Shown here in pieces: positions 19,919-29,483 of a stretch of 64,000 bases of DNA (position 1 is the first letter of the stretch; each line of letters begins with the position of its first letter). The stretch is taken from contig JAHENA010000007.1 in assembly GCA_024643405.1 (NCBI GenBank), forward strand, positions 1,346-65,345, given 5' to 3'. The DNA comes from Flavobacteriales bacterium. GTDB taxonomy: Bacteria > Bacteroidota > Bacteroidia > Flavobacteriales > Flavobacteriaceae. Under the pieces are notes generated by a model. The model was not told the DNA's origin and did not search any database. It saw only the letters and a program-made list of their open reading frames with translations. Position numbers and translations under genes: made by a program.

Positions 19919-21817
19919 ATGGAAGAAAAAAAATTAGATATAAATTCGATCATAGGATTTGCCCTCATTTTCGGGATATTAATGTATATGCTTTGGCAAA
20001 ATCAACCAACTCCAGAACAGGTTGCAGAGCAGGAAAAAGCAAAACAAGAACAACTTGCCGCTGAAGAAAAAGCCAAAGTTCAAAACGATGTAATTCAAAC
20101 AACTGCTGAAGATTTTTCTAAGGAATCAGTGACTGATTCAGTTCAGTTAACCTCATTAAAAAATAAATTGGGGGCGTTTGCCTATTCCTCTACGTTATCG
20201 TCAGCTTCAAATAATGAAACCGTTGTTGAAAACGATTTATTAGAGTTAAAATTTAGTAACAAAGGAGGATTTCTTTCTGAAGTCAAGTTAAAGAACTTTG
20301 TAAATTATGATTCTATTCCTATTTATTTGGTAAAAGATAATAATGCAGCTTTCAATATTAATTTTGGAACTACAGATAGTCGTATATTAAATACACAGGA
20401 TTTGTATTTTGAGCCGACTATAACAAAAAACGGCGAGAACACCATAGTTTCTATGAAACTAAAGGTTGCAGAAGATAAGTTTTTGGAATACAGATATGAG
20501 ATTAAGAAAAATGAGTATATGATGGATTTTACCATCAGATCTCAAGGACTGGATCAAGTAATAAATAGTTCACAAGCTATAAATTTAGACTGGAAAATTA
20601 AAACGTATCGTCATGCAAAAAGTGTGTCTTATGAAAATCGTTACACCGAGTTAATATATGAATATGAAGGTGGTAAGGATAATTATCTTGGTCAAAGAGA
20701 ACTTTCTGAAACTACGGAGAATGAAGTGACCTATGTAGCGTTTAAACAACATTTTTTCACCTCTATTTTATTGGCGGACTCCCCATTTAAAACAGCCGAT
20801 TTAAAATCCTATAATCTAATAAAAGACGAAGAGATTGATACGGTTTTTACAAAGTCTTTTGAGGCGAAATTACCTTTAGAACTTGCTTCAGGAGAGATTA
20901 ATAAAACCATGAATTGGTATTTTGGTCCAACAGATTATAAAATATTAAATTCTTACGATAGAAATTTAGATGAGGTTGTGCCTTTAGGATGGGGTATTTT
21001 TGGTTGGATTAACCGTTATGTATTCATCCCTACCTTCGGATTTTTAAGTGGATTTTTACCTTATGGTTTTGCCATTATTGTCATGACTATTTTAGTAAGA
21101 ATAGTGATGTCTCCAGTAACCTATAAGTCCTACGTATCTCAGGCAAAAATGAAGGTTTTAAAACCTGAAATTGCTGAAATAAATGAAAAGTATAAAGATA
21201 ATGCCATGAAAAAACAGCAGGAAACCATGGCTTTATACAGTAAGGCAGGTGCAAGTCCTATGGCTGGATGTTTACCGGCCCTGGTGCAACTACCCGTGTT
21301 TTATGCATTATTTCAGTTTTTCCCTTCAGCCTTTGATTTACGTCAAAAAAGTTTCCTTTGGGCTGAAGATTTATCGTCTTATGATACTATTGCGAAATTA
21401 CCTTTCCATATACCGTTTTATGGTGACCATGTGAGTTTGTTTCCAATTTTAGCCTCTGTTGCCATATTCTTTTATATGCAAATGACTACTGGGCAACAAA
21501 TGGCGTCGCAACCAACTCAGGAAGGTATGCCTGATATGAGTAAAATGATGAAGTATATGATGTATTTCTCACCCTTAATGATGTTGTTTTTCTTTAATAA
21601 TTATGCTTCAGGATTGAGTTTGTATTATTTTGTATCGAACTTAATTACCATTGGTATAATGCTGGTTATTAAGAATTTTATTATTGATGAGGATAAAATA
21701 CATGCCAGAATTCAGGAGAATAAAAAGAAGCCTAAAAAAGAAAATCGTTTTCAAAAGAAAATGAAAGAAATGATGGAACAGGCAGAAAAACAAAAACAAT
21801 CACAAAAACGTAAATAG
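19919..21817 (+). CDS. yidC: Membrane protein insertase YidC (long Bacteroidota form)
   Basis: A large periplasmic domain precedes the conserved core: MKVLKPEIAEINEKYKD…QQETMALYSKAGASPMAGCLP. The C-terminal tail is basic. Confidence 0.95.
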   Translation: MEEKKLDINSIIGFALIFGILMYMLWQNQPTPEQVAEQEKAKQEQLAAEEKAKVQNDVIQTTAEDFSKESVTDSVQLTSLKNKLGAFAYSSTLSSASNNETVVENDLLELKFSNKGGFLSEVKLKNFVNYDSIPIYLVKDNNAAFNINFGTTDSRILNTQDLYFEPTITKNGENTIVSMKLKVAEDKFLEYRYEIKKNEYMMDFTIRSQGLDQVINSSQAINLDWKIKTYRHAKSVSYENRYTELIYEYEGGKDNYLGQRELSETTENEVTYVAFKQHFFTSILLADSPFKTADLKSYNLIKDEEIDTVFTKSFEAKLPLELASGEINKTMNWYFGPTDYKILNSYDRNLDEVVPLGWGIFGWINRYVFIPTFGFLSGFLPYGFAIIVMTILVRIVMSPVTYKSYVSQAKMKVLKPEIAEINEKYKDNAMKKQQETMALYSKAGASPMAGCLPALVQLPVFYALFQFFPSAFDLRQKSFLWAEDLSSYDTIAKLPFHIPFYGDHVSLFPILASVAIFFYMQMTTGQQMASQPTQEGMPDMSKMMKYMMYFSPLMMLFFFNNYASGLSLYYFVSNLITIGIMLVIKNFIIDEDKIHARIQENKKKPKKENRFQKKMKEMMEQAEKQKQSQKRK

Positions 21818-21820
21818 ATA

Positions 21821-21847
21821 AAAAGCTGCCACTAGGCAGCTTTTTTG
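21821..21847 (+). terminator. Rho-independent terminator after yidC
   Basis: GCTGCC (21825-21830) pairs with GGCAGC (21835-21840). It is flanked by an A-run and followed by TTTTTT. Confidence 0.8.
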
Positions 21848-21887
21848 TTCTATACAATTTCAATAATAAGAATCCGTTATTTAAAGT

Positions 21888-22580
21888 ATGAAAAATTTAG
21901 CACTTATAATCTTTGTGTTTTTTGCTGGTTTAGTTTCAGCACAAACCGTTAATCAATTAGATACAGAAGGCAAACGTCATGGTATCTGGAAAAAATATTT
22001 TGATGATACGACTGTTTTAAGGTATGAAGGGGAATTTAATCATGGTAAGGAAATAGGGCTTTTTAAGTATTATAAGAATATTGAGAAAAAAGCCTCTCTA
22101 ACGGCTACAAAACAATTTAATAATGTTGATAATAAAGCTTATGTCACCTTTTTTACTTCTACTGGAAAAGTGGTGAGTGAAGGCGAAATGGATGGTAAAA
22201 TTTATATAGGTGTGTGGAAATATTATCAAAAAAATTCTGATAAGCTGTTAACCTTGGAAAATTATGATTTAAATGGAGAACTTGATGGTGATCGTTTTGT
22301 GTATTATGAAAACGGTGAAATTGCTGAAAAGCAGTTCTATCGTCATGGTAAATTAGAAGGGCCTTCGTTTTGGTATACTGACAAGAATGTTGTTTTAAAA
22401 GAGTTTTATTATGTCAATGGAGAATTGCATGGATTAGCAAAGTCTTATGACCCCAAAGGACAATTAATTCTGGAAGGCAATTATAAACAAGGTAAGAAGC
22501 ATGGTATTTGGAAAACCTATGAAAATGGAAAATTAATAGAAGAAAAGGACTATACATATCATTCCAAACTAAAAAAATAA
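21888..22580 (+). CDS. MORN-repeat-variant protein (family often labelled YwqK antitoxin-like)
   Basis: Signal peptide plus repeated G(K/E)xxGxWKxY / GxxxGxxxxY units. Confidence 0.7.
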   Translation: MKNLALIIFVFFAGLVSAQTVNQLDTEGKRHGIWKKYFDDTTVLRYEGEFNHGKEIGLFKYYKNIEKKASLTATKQFNNVDNKAYVTFFTSTGKVVSEGEMDGKIYIGVWKYYQKNSDKLLTLENYDLNGELDGDRFVYYENGEIAEKQFYRHGKLEGPSFWYTDKNVVLKEFYYVNGELHGLAKSYDPKGQLILEGNYKQGKKHGIWKTYENGKLIEEKDYTYHSKLKK

Positions 22581-22887
22581 AAAATGAAAGGCCCTTTAAA
22601 TTAATAAAGAGCCCTTACATTTATTTAGACACTTAAGTCTAAATCAAACAAACCAAACTAAAACTAACTTTCTTTTTATTTCAGGTGTTGTTAACTTGAT
22701 ACTTACTCAGATTAGTATTTATTTATAAGTGTTCAAACTTTTATGTTTATCTGTCATACCACGATGAATAATCACCTTCTTATTTTATTTAAACCACTAA
22801 CATTTTTCTTTAAGGATGTTGTAGTTTTTATGTTTATTAAAAGCCTCATTTAATGTAATTAATATAAGCGAGGCCTATTATTTTAAT

Positions 22888-24294
22888 TTATTGTGCTGGT
22901 AATATTACTTTGTCAATTACGTGTACCACACCATTGATTGCTTGTATGTCAACTAAAGAAGTAATAATATTACTAACTCTGTTATTTGGATCTGTTAGAG
23001 TAAATGCAGTATTATCTGCGGTAATATTTCCACCTAAAGTAGCAACAGGCCCGTTTGGTAAACCACTTGACTGTATATTTCCACTAACGATGTGTTTTAA
23101 TAATACGGCATCTACAGTTGCAGGGTTTAAATCACTTAGTGTAGTATTACCAGAAGGATCTAATTCTAATAATAGGGCAGCAAATGCATCGTTTGTAGGG
23201 GCGAATACTGTGAATGGACCAGCAGTAGCGTCTGAAACGGTTGCAATGTAATCTACAGTTGGAGACCCTGTATCGGCTAATTGTAAAGCACTCACTAAAT
23301 TTCCTAAAGCAGGATTGGAAGTTGCAAAAGTAGCAATGGTTGGTAAACCAATTACGGTGTCAACAGCATGTATAATACCGTTTGTAGTTACTACATCAGC
23401 AGCGGTTACTGAAGAAATTCCATTAAAACTTACACCTTCAGTAGCATTAAAATATAAACTTAAGTTTTCCATGCTCGGACCAGTTGCTAATGTGTTAGTA
23501 TATCCAGAACCTAAACCAACTAGATCAGTAGATGTTACAACACTTCCTAAAACGTGGTTTAATAATATATTTGCTAAAGCATCCGTTGGAACATCTCCTA
23601 AAGCGGCACCATTTAAAAATGTTGTAAAAGCAGCATTATCTGGGGCTAAAACAGTAAACGTTCCCGCACCACTTAAAACACTTACTAAATCTCCATCAGC
23701 CGCACTTAATGCTGCTACTAAACTTGAGAAAGCAGGATTTGCTAATGCTTGAGTTACCACTGTAGGTAAACCAATTACTGCGTCAACAACATGAATAATT
23801 CCATTAGTGGCGTCAATATCTGCAATTGCAACGTTAGAAACACCATTTAAGGTCACGCCATTAGTGGTATCTATAAACATGCTTAGGTTTAAATCTGAAT
23901 TAGGTTGTGTTGCAAGCGTACTTACATAACCTGTTGATAAACTTGTTGAAGCATTTTCTCCAACAACTACATGGTTTAATAAAATTTGAGTTAATACATC
24001 AACGGGTACATCATTTAATGAAGGAATGTTGTTTTGAGCTAAGAACGCTGTAAACGCTGCATTTGTTGGAGCAAATACGGTATAGCTTCCTGGTTGATCT
24101 AATGTTTCAGCTAAATTAGCAATGGTTAAAGCGTCTACCAAAATACTTAATTCTGGAGTTGCTACTGCTAATTCAGTAATAGTTTCAGGTAATGTAGCTG
24201 CTGGACTATTATCGTCGTCATCACTACAAGAAAATGCTAAAAAGGCAATAGCTAACATTGCCGTCATTTTTGTTAAATTTTTAAATTTTTTCAT
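22888..24294 (-). CDS. Fasciclin (FAS1) domain lipoprotein with three FAS1 repeats
   Basis: Lipobox-like FSCSDDDD. There are three repeats, each with (T/A)VFAPTN(A/D)AF … NG(I/V)(I/V)H(V/A)(V/I)D. Confidence 0.9.
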   Translation of the reverse strand: MKKFKNLTKMTAMLAIAFLAFSCSDDDDNSPAATLPETITELAVATPELSILVDALTIANLAETLDQPGSYTVFAPTNAAFTAFLAQNNIPSLNDVPVDVLTQILLNHVVVGENASTSLSTGYVSTLATQPNSDLNLSMFIDTTNGVTLNGVSNVAIADIDATNGIIHVVDAVIGLPTVVTQALANPAFSSLVAALSAADGDLVSVLSGAGTFTVLAPDNAAFTTFLNGAALGDVPTDALANILLNHVLGSVVTSTDLVGLGSGYTNTLATGPSMENLSLYFNATEGVSFNGISSVTAADVVTTNGIIHAVDTVIGLPTIATFATSNPALGNLVSALQLADTGSPTVDYIATVSDATAGPFTVFAPTNDAFAALLLELDPSGNTTLSDLNPATVDAVLLKHIVSGNIQSSGLPNGPVATLGGNITADNTAFTLTDPNNRVSNIITSLVDIQAINGVVHVIDKVILPAQ

Positions 24295-24330
24295 GTTTGT
24301 TAATTTTTATTAATATTTAGACTTATATAA

Positions 24331-24410
24331 ATGTTTAACAAAAATACAAATAGATTAAACAAAAACAATAATGTTTAATAAATTTAACAAAACTTTAAAC
24401 AAAAAAAATC
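24331..24410. repeat. Imperfect tandem duplication (2 x 40 nt) of an A-rich unit in the divergent fasciclin/mnmA control region
   Basis: Unit 1 (24331-24370) and unit 2 (24371-24410) both start ATGTTTAA and both contain TTAAACAAAAA at the same offset. By my hand alignment 29 of 40 positions are identical. Confidence 0.45.
24339..24346 (-). promoter_or_regulatory. Candidate sigma-A -7 box (TATTTTTG on the minus strand) for the fasciclin gene
   Basis: Plus-strand CAAAAATA is TATTTTTG on the minus strand. It lies 45 nt upstream of the start at 24294. Confidence 0.35.
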
Positions 24411-24438
24411 TCTATAACTATTTTTTATCGATGATTTA

Positions 24439-24464
24439 CTAGAATACTAATTCTAGGTATTCTA
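24439..24464. promoter_or_regulatory. Nested inverted repeats just upstream of the mnmA -7 box (possible operator)
   Basis: CTAGAAT (24439-24445) pairs with ATTCTAG (24450-24456). TAGAATAC (24440-24447) pairs with GTATTCTA (24457-24464). The element ends 3 nt before the -7 box. Confidence 0.35.
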
Positions 24465-24466
24465 TG

Positions 24467-24474
24467 TATCTTTG
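24467..24474 (+). promoter_or_regulatory. Candidate sigma-A -7 box (TATCTTTG) for mnmA
   Basis: Exact TAnnTTTG match about 90 nt upstream of the ATG at 24564. Confidence 0.5.
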
Positions 24475-24563
24475 CAAAATATTATCATTTAAATTGTCTT
24501 TTATTAAGTTTATGAAGTAAGAGATAATTGAATATTTCGTCTAAATAGGAATAAAAAAGATTA

Positions 24564-25751
24564 ATGAAAAGAGTAATTGTTGGACTTTCTGGGGGTGTTG
24601 ATTCTAGTGTGGCTGCTTATTTATTGAAGGAGCAGGGTTATGAAGTCATTGGTTTGTTCATGAAAAACTGGCACGATGATTCTGTAACGATATCTAATGA
24701 ATGTCCATGGTTAGATGACAGTAATGATGCCATGTTGGTTGCAGATAAACTTGGTATCCCGTTTCAGACGGTTGATTTAAGTGAACAATATAAGGAACGT
24801 ATTGTTGATTATATGTTTAAGGAATACGAGAATGGTAGAACACCAAACCCGGATGTTTTATGTAACAGGGAAATAAAGTTTGATGTGTTTATGAAAATTG
24901 CAATAGAACTTGGGGCAGACTATGTTGCAACAGGTCATTATTGTAGAAAAGGCGTTATTTCTAAAGACGGCAAAGACATATACCAGCTATTGGCAGGTGT
25001 TGATCCGAATAAGGATCAATCTTATTTTTTATGTCAGTTATCGCAGCAGCAGCTTTCTAAATCATTATTTCCTATTGGTGAATTAACGAAGCCAGAAGTA
25101 AGAGAAATGGCCTTAAAACTTGATTTGGTCACCGCTGAAAAGAAGGATTCACAAGGACTTTGTTTTATAGGTAAGGTAAAATTACCAGATTTTTTACAGC
25201 AACAATTAAAACCAAAAGAAGGACAAATTGTTGAAATATTTAGTGAAAACAGTCTTTATAAAGGGAGTCATCCTGATTTTAAATCCGTAGAAGATAGACT
25301 TGAATTTTTATCTAGAAAAAGGGAGTATCATTTAGAAGATGGAAAAGTAATAGGAAAGCATCAGGGTGCACATTATTTTACTAAAGGTCAAAGAAAAGGA
25401 TTGGCAGTTGGTGGTCATGTGGAACCATTGTTTGTTATTGAAACCGATGTGAAATCCAATATTATATATACAGGAGAAGGCAAGGAACATCCGGGTTTAT
25501 ATAAATCTGCCTTATTTGTTAAAAATGAGGAATTACATTGGATTCGAGAGGATTTAACCTTGAATACTGATGAAACTATGAAAGTATTGGCCAGAATACG
25601 TTACAGACAGCCCTTGCAAAAAGCAACCCTTTATAAAGTAGATTCAGGTTTATATGTTGAGTTTGAAAATCCGCAATCTGCCATTACAGAAGGACAGTTT
25701 GTAGCCTGGTATCTTAAAGATGAATTAGTTGGTTCTGGTGTAATTTCTTAA
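24564..25751 (+). CDS. mnmA: tRNA 2-thiouridine(34) synthase MnmA
   Basis: PP-loop [18 protein letters not shown], followed by [12 protein letters not shown] and ATGHY. Confidence 0.96.
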   Translation: MKRVIVGLSGGVDSSVAAYLLKEQGYEVIGLFMKNWHDDSVTISNECPWLDDSNDAMLVADKLGIPFQTVDLSEQYKERIVDYMFKEYENGRTPNPDVLCNREIKFDVFMKIAIELGADYVATGHYCRKGVISKDGKDIYQLLAGVDPNKDQSYFLCQLSQQQLSKSLFPIGELTKPEVREMALKLDLVTAEKKDSQGLCFIGKVKLPDFLQQQLKPKEGQIVEIFSENSLYKGSHPDFKSVEDRLEFLSRKREYHLEDGKVIGKHQGAHYFTKGQRKGLAVGGHVEPLFVIETDVKSNIIYTGEGKEHPGLYKSALFVKNEELHWIREDLTLNTDETMKVLARIRYRQPLQKATLYKVDSGLYVEFENPQSAITEGQFVAWYLKDELVGSGVIS

Positions 25752-25777
25752 CTTGTAATCACCTAATATAATTAGTA

Positions 25778-27391
25778 ATGAAAAAGAGCCTACTTTTTTT
25801 GTTTCTATGGAGCATTCCAATGCTATATTTTGCTCAGCAAGAAGATGCCTGGGTGTATTTATCTGATAAACAAAATGTTTCTGCTTCATTATCAGATCCA
25901 ATTACTATTCTTTCCCAAAAAGCTATTGACAGAAAAATTAAACACGGTATTTCAATTGATTCACGAGATGTGCCCGTCAATGAAAATTATATTTCACAGT
26001 TAAAAGCTCAATCTGGTATCACTGTTTTGGCTAAGTCTAAATGGTTCAATGCCGTCCATGTTAGAGGGACCGAAATTAATATTAAGGCACTAACTGGTTT
26101 AAGTTTTGTAGCATCTATTGATTTTGCGGATAAAAATTTAAACCTTAAACAAATACCACAAAAAAAGAAATCAAAGTTGGAAACTACCACCACTACTTTT
26201 ATTTATGGAAATGCCTTAAATCAAATTCAAATGATTAAAGGAGATCAATTGCATGTATCCAATTATACCGGAACTGGAATAACTATTGCTGTGATGGATG
26301 CTGGGTTCACAAATGTAAATCTCATGGATTCTTTTAAAAGGTTACGAGATGCGGGTCATGTTTTGGATGGCTATGATTTTGTGAACAGAGACGATAATGT
26401 TTATAAAAATACAATAAGTAGTCATGGAACCTGGGTTTTAAGTACAATGGCTGGATTTGTTGACAACAATTATGTGGGTACCGCACCAGACGCTTCTTAT
26501 TATTTGTTTATAACTGAGGATGCTTTAAATGAAAATCCTGTTGAAGAAAGTTATTGGGTAGAGGCAGCAGAGCGTGCGGATAGTTTGGGGGTTGATGTTA
26601 TAAACACCTCATTAGGATATACCACTTTTGATAATCCAAACTATGACTATACACCTTCAGATATGAATGGCAACACTGCTTTTATAACGAAAGGAGCTAA
26701 TATTGCTTTTGAAAAAGGCATGTTATTAGTGAATTCTGCTGGAAATGATGGTAATAATGGTTGGCAAATAGTGGGAGCTCCAGCCGATGCGGAAGGCGTT
26801 TTGACTGTTGGAGCGGTAGATGCAAGTGGTGATTATGCTTATTTTAGTTCTATTGGAAGTACTATTCAACCCACACATAAACCAGACGTCGTGGCACAAG
26901 GACTAGGAAGCGCTGTGATTGATATTAATGATGCCCTTATAGCACATAATGGGACGTCATTCAGTTCTCCAATTTTAGCTGGGGGCATTGCTTGTTTATG
27001 GCAGGCTTTGCCTAATAAAACGAATGCTGAAATCATGCAATTAGTGAGGGCCTCGGCATCACAATATAACACGCCTGATTATTATTTGGGTCATGGTATT
27101 CCTAATTTGCAATTGGCTTTGAATAATGCCTTATCAATGGGAGAATCTCAAGAAAATAATTCAGACGTCAAAATATATCCAAACCCAGTTTCTAATATTT
27201 TAAACATCTCAGTGCCTTCAAATGACTATAAAATAGTAGGTATATTATATAATATTCTTGGAAAAAAGGTATTGGAGATTGATGTAGATAATAATAGTCA
27301 AATGGACTTATCTTTTTTAAATAGAGGATTATATCTTTTAAAAATAGACTCTAAATCTGTTTCAAAAACATTCAAAATTATAAAGAACTAA
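25778..27391 (+). CDS. S8 family subtilisin-like serine peptidase with a T9SS type A C-terminal sorting domain
   Basis: Catalytic blocks AVMDAGF (Asp), SSHGTWV (His) and GTSFSSP (Ser). The C-terminus KIYPNPVSNILNI…GLYLLKI… is typical of a Por secretion tail. Confidence 0.9.
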   Translation: MKKSLLFLFLWSIPMLYFAQQEDAWVYLSDKQNVSASLSDPITILSQKAIDRKIKHGISIDSRDVPVNENYISQLKAQSGITVLAKSKWFNAVHVRGTEINIKALTGLSFVASIDFADKNLNLKQIPQKKKSKLETTTTTFIYGNALNQIQMIKGDQLHVSNYTGTGITIAVMDAGFTNVNLMDSFKRLRDAGHVLDGYDFVNRDDNVYKNTISSHGTWVLSTMAGFVDNNYVGTAPDASYYLFITEDALNENPVEESYWVEAAERADSLGVDVINTSLGYTTFDNPNYDYTPSDMNGNTAFITKGANIAFEKGMLLVNSAGNDGNNGWQIVGAPADAEGVLTVGAVDASGDYAYFSSIGSTIQPTHKPDVVAQGLGSAVIDINDALIAHNGTSFSSPILAGGIACLWQALPNKTNAEIMQLVRASASQYNTPDYYLGHGIPNLQLALNNALSMGESQENNSDVKIYPNPVSNILNISVPSNDYKIVGILYNILGKKVLEIDVDNNSQMDLSFLNRGLYLLKIDSKSVSKTFKIIKN

Positions 27392-27393
27392 GC

Positions 27394-28335
27394 ATGAATA
27401 ACAGAGTTACCAATTTATTCAAAATAAAATATCCTATTATACAGGCTGGTATGGTTTGGAATAGTGGTTGGAAACTGGCTTCAGCTGCTAGTAATGCAGG
27501 GATTTTAGGATTGATAGGAGCAGGCTCTATGTATCCTGAAGTATTGCGTGAACATATTCAAAAATGTAAAAAGGCAACTAAGAACCCTTTTGGTGTCAAT
27601 GTCCCCATGTTATATCCTAATATTCAGGAAATCATGGATATTATTGTCGAAGAAAAAGTTGAAATCGTGTTTACTTCTGCAGGAAATCCGAAAACATGGA
27701 CTCCTTGGTTAAAAGAAAGAGGCATTACAGTAGTGCATGTGGTGAGTAGTGTTAAGTTCGCATTAAAAGCTCAGGAAGCCGGCGTGGATGCTATAGTCGC
27801 TGAAGGATTTGAAGCTGGCGGGCATAATGGCAGAGATGAAACAACTACATTAACCTTAATTCCTATGGTTAAGGAACAAATACGCATTCCGTTAATTGCG
27901 GCGGGAGGTATTGCTACGGGAAGAGGCATGCTCGCAGCAATGGTTTTAGGTGCAGATGGCGTTCAAATAGGAAGTCGTTTTGTAGCGAGTAAAGAATCAT
28001 CGGCACATGAAGCTTTTAAGAAATTAGTGGTAGATTCGAAAGAGGGAGACACCCAATTAACCTTAAAAGAATTAGCACCGGTACGTTTGATAAAAAATAA
28101 GTTTTATAATGACGTTCAAGAATTATATAAAACGTCACCAAGTGTGGTCCAATTGCAACAATTATTAGGGAGAGCTCGCGCAAAAAAGGGTATGTTTGAA
28201 GGTGATTTAGTGGAGGGTGAGTTAGAAATTGGTCAAATAGCGGGATTGATACATGATATAAAACCGGTGGTTAAGATAGTGGAGGATATGATAAAGGAGT
28301 TTGAAGAGGCCAAAACCCTGGCCTTAAATCTTTAG
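27394..28335 (+). CDS. Nitronate monooxygenase / NAD(P)H-dependent flavin oxidoreductase family protein
   Basis: YPIIQAGMVW…, EAGGH, and AAGGIATGRGMLAAMVLGADGVQIGSRF. Confidence 0.85.
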   Translation: MNNRVTNLFKIKYPIIQAGMVWNSGWKLASAASNAGILGLIGAGSMYPEVLREHIQKCKKATKNPFGVNVPMLYPNIQEIMDIIVEEKVEIVFTSAGNPKTWTPWLKERGITVVHVVSSVKFALKAQEAGVDAIVAEGFEAGGHNGRDETTTLTLIPMVKEQIRIPLIAAGGIATGRGMLAAMVLGADGVQIGSRFVASKESSAHEAFKKLVVDSKEGDTQLTLKELAPVRLIKNKFYNDVQELYKTSPSVVQLQQLLGRARAKKGMFEGDLVEGELEIGQIAGLIHDIKPVVKIVEDMIKEFEEAKTLALNL

Positions 28336-28392
28336 ATTTTTTAGCTCAATTAAATATTTAAGTCAAATAAAAAGTAAATTAAGAAATTTTCT

Positions 28393-29235
28393 GTGAAGAC
28401 TTTTTTAAAAAAAATATTAGTGAAATTTAATTTTTCAATCAGAAGAAAGATTAATAATAATTATTTTAAAATTCCAGTTTTAGGAGGTTTAGGGGTTTCT
28501 AATTTGTTTTATGATGAATTATGGATGGTTGTTTTGTTGAACAAAATAATTAATATTGGAGTTGTGAGGTTTATTGATGTAGGAGCAAATGTCGGTCAAA
28601 CTCTATTATTGGTTAAAAGTGTTGATGAGAGTATTGAATATTTAGGATTTGAGCCAAATCAAAATTGCATTTATTATTTAAGAAAACTAATTAATAAAAA
28701 TTCATTTAAAAATGTCACCCTAATACCTGTTGGAATTTCAACAAAAACAACTGTTGTAGAATTGAATTTTTATAGTGAAAGTGAGGTTGATCCATCAGCG
28801 TCTGTGATAACTGATTTTCGAAAAAAGGGCCTAATAAAAAAAGAACTTGTTCCTTTATTTAACGTAAATGATTTAAATATAACTTATGATTTGGATAAGT
28901 TTTCAATTTTGAAAATTGATGTTGAAGGCGGAGAATTAGAAGTTTTAGAAAGTTTTTTTGAAATTATTAAGAGTAATAATCCCATAATATTAATTGAAAT
29001 ATTGCCCGTTTACTCCGAATTAGAGAATCCAGAAAGACTTCATAGGCAAAAAAATATTGAGAAAAAATTAAAATCTTTAAATTATTCTATATTTCGAATT
29101 AATAAAAACAAAAACCAATTTTTTGGAGTAACCGAGATTTTGGAAATTGGTATTCACTCTAATCTAAATCATTGTGATTATGTTTTCGTTCCTGACTCAA
29201 AATTGACTGAATTTTTATATTGCTTAAAGACCTAA
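28393..29235 (+). CDS. FkbM family methyltransferase
   Basis: DVGANVGQT is a SAM-binding motif and LKIDVEGGELEVL is the FkbM hallmark. The only upstream start is GTG at 28393, so the true start is uncertain. Confidence 0.7.
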   Translation: MKTFLKKILVKFNFSIRRKINNNYFKIPVLGGLGVSNLFYDELWMVVLLNKIINIGVVRFIDVGANVGQTLLLVKSVDESIEYLGFEPNQNCIYYLRKLINKNSFKNVTLIPVGISTKTTVVELNFYSESEVDPSASVITDFRKKGLIKKELVPLFNVNDLNITYDLDKFSILKIDVEGGELEVLESFFEIIKSNNPIILIEILPVYSELENPERLHRQKNIEKKLKSLNYSIFRINKNKNQFFGVTEILEIGIHSNLNHCDYVFVPDSKLTEFLYCLKT

Positions 29236-29471
29236 ATTATCGATTATTTCTGACTTAAAAAGAGGAAAAATTTTTGTTTCCATTTCTCGAATATTAAAAC
29301 TTATAAGACAGTAATTGTTTTTTAAGACCTTAAAATAAAAGCGACATGATTCTAAATATTTTATCAAAATTATCTTTTTAATTATATCATTTTGAAGGAA
29401 AAAATAGAAATTTAAATTTTAAAAATTTCTGAATTCCCTATTTTAAATTCGTAAATACTGGGTCTAAAGTT

Positions 29472-29479
29472 TACTTTTG
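29472..29479 (+). promoter_or_regulatory. Candidate sigma-A -7 box (TACTTTTG) directly abutting the MATE transporter start
   Basis: Exact TAnnTTTG match whose final G is 4 nt before the ATG at 29484. Confidence 0.4.
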
Positions 29480-29483
29480 CCAA

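Noticed and set aside
21888-22580. YwqK 'antitoxin'-type protein as evidence for a toxin-antitoxin or defence locus
   Set aside because: It is a secreted MORN-repeat protein with a signal peptide. There is no adjacent toxin gene, and the neighbours are yidC and a fasciclin gene. The family name is misleading.
22743-22853. 36-aa hydrophobic ORF in the 307-nt convergent spacer
   Set aside because: It has no promoter-like box upstream, and its composition (Phe/Leu/Ile from T-rich DNA) is what random AT-rich sequence yields.
22910-23752. Two long plus-strand ORFs (113 and 145 aa) antisense to the fasciclin gene
   Set aside because: They mirror the Ala/Thr/Val/Gly-rich, relatively GC-rich codons of the minus-strand FAS1 gene, which shows clear triple-domain homology. 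The antisense translations are low-complexity with no recognisable motif. This looks like a codon-composition artefact.
24331-24410. A-rich repeats as a possible CRISPR array or mobile-element end
   Set aside because: There are only two imperfect 40-nt units with no spacers, no cas genes, no inverted terminal repeats and no transposase or integrase anywhere in the window.
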